A DNA stretch of 63,627 nt, the filler included, from Trichosphaerium sp. ATCC 40318 (Eukaryota > Protista > Tubulinea), in NCBI GenBank assembly GCA_038496445.1. It is 3 parts of 3 records of this genome, joined end to end, with 100 filler letters (N's around TTAATTAATTAA, not from the genome) between each part and the next. Parts side by side here need not be neighbours in the genome. Positions count along the whole stretch, not along the records: positions 50,978 to 63,627 come from JALMLS010000495.1; 2 more parts are not named here. One strand, written 5' to 3'. A program made the translations under genes and the position numbers. Positions 62,795-63,627 of this stretch are shown here, one piece after another. How positions within the stretch are numbered: the first letter of the stretch is position 1; every line of letters starts with the position of its first letter. The notes below the pieces were generated by a model. The model saw only the letters and a list, made by a program, of their open reading frames with translations. It was not told where the DNA came from and did not search any database.

Positions 62795-63322
62795 TTATCT
62801 TCTTACATCGTTGTGGTGTGCGATCTTTCTTGTACCAATCCACTCCAACCGTTTTTCTTCGCTGTCGTAGACCAAATGCGGCATCAAGCGTAAAACGGTG
62901 TTACGTTCTACATCATTGATATCCGTCAGTGATTCTAACCGATCTAAGCGCCTTTTCTCTTCTTTCACACTATTTAATCTTCCTGACCTTTCCGATGATG
63001 AAGCTGAGCTACTGCTGCTCTCATCCGGTGTATCAGGTCCCTTCTCTTCCTTTTCTCTGTTATCCTTTCGATCTTTGTGTTTACCCTTTTCTGGCTTCTT
63101 TTCGCTTTCTTCTTTTCCCTTTCCTTCATCCGTATCACTATCCTCTTCCCCCTTCTTTTTCGGAGCTTTTGGTTTCCCTTTTAGTTTTTGTTCACTATTT
63201 GAATCTCCCTTTCGACGTTCCTTCTTATCTTTTGCCGCTTCTATCTCTTCTAACATCTCCTTTTCAATATCATCTTGCTTTTTCAGTAGTAAAATAGAAA
63301 TGGGAATTTTTAAGTAATCCAC
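62795..63322 (-). CDS. Probable N-terminal part of element 2 Gag (charged, low complexity), out of frame with the main ORF
   Basis: Same strand and same A-rich bias as the main ORF; ends 34 nt before it and is offset by +1. Confidence 0.55.
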   Translation of the reverse strand: MDYLKIPISILLLKKQDDIEKEMLEEIEAAKDKKERRKGDSNSEQKLKGKPKAPKKKGEEDSDTDEGKGKEESEKKPEKGKHKDRKDNREKEEKGPDTPDESSSSSASSSERSGRLNSVKEEKRRLDRLESLTDINDVERNTVLRLMPHLVYDSEEKRLEWIGTRKIAHHNDVRR

Positions 63323-63627
63323 CCTGTTTTCCTATGGGAAAAGTAGACGGAAAAACTCTTCCTTAATTCCCATTGAATTTATATGAAATTCCATAAGTAT
63401 TACCCATAGAATTCTTAAAGTATTACTTTTGGAATTGCGTATGTATTTTATATAGAATTCTTTATGTATTCTTTATAGCATTTCTTAAATGTATTTTTTG
63501 TAGATTTCAATAAAAAATACTTTATAAATTACACAAAATATTTGTACTAATTCGATACTTTGGTTCAGATTTAGTGCAAAGTCATTTTATTTATTGATCA
63601 TAATTTCATTACAAAATACAAACATCC

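Larger units (their letters stand above)
57138..63627 (-). mobile_element. Ty3/gypsy LTR retrotransposon (element 2), 5' LTR outside the window
   Basis: Gag-pol ORF on the minus strand followed by a PPT and a TG...CA-bounded short LTR. Confidence 0.93.

Overview
AT-rich, intron-dense eukaryotic DNA (mostly 40-60 nt GT-AG introns). The gene content (cAMP-receptor-like GPCR, Roco protein, repeat+PD-(D/E)XK protein) suggests a protist, probably an amoebozoan, but I cannot name the organism. The window is three contigs joined by artificial N-TTAATTAATTAA-N linkers. Host genes: vanin/biotinidase, a Rho-pseudoGTPase-Roc-COR-PARP-like-receiver multidomain protein, an AADAT-like aminotransferase, three F-box+MORN-variant genes, an hnRNP A1/Musashi-like RBP, a CCR4/nocturnin-like EEP hydrolase, a GPCR, a RhoGEF, F-box, SnoaL-like and LRR genes. 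There are four mobile elements. (1) A complete Ty3/gypsy element with identical 94-bp LTRs inside an AADAT exon; its out-of-frame gag and pol would be joined exactly by removing a 49-nt GT-AG intron. (2) A 5.16-kb piggyBac-like transposon with an ATAT target duplication inside a GPCR exon; its single intron-rich gene fuses a USP/CYLD-type cysteine protease, a SIM-like motif and a chromo-like domain to the transposase. This is the best candidate for an undescribed system. (3) A 248-bp MITE inside an F-box exon. (4) A second, related gypsy element with a ~91-bp LTR and an RGG/RS-rich Gag, running off the window end. CACGTG is strongly over-represented, mostly in introns and intergenic DNA. All gene models were spliced by hand and domain calls are motif-based; no searches were run.
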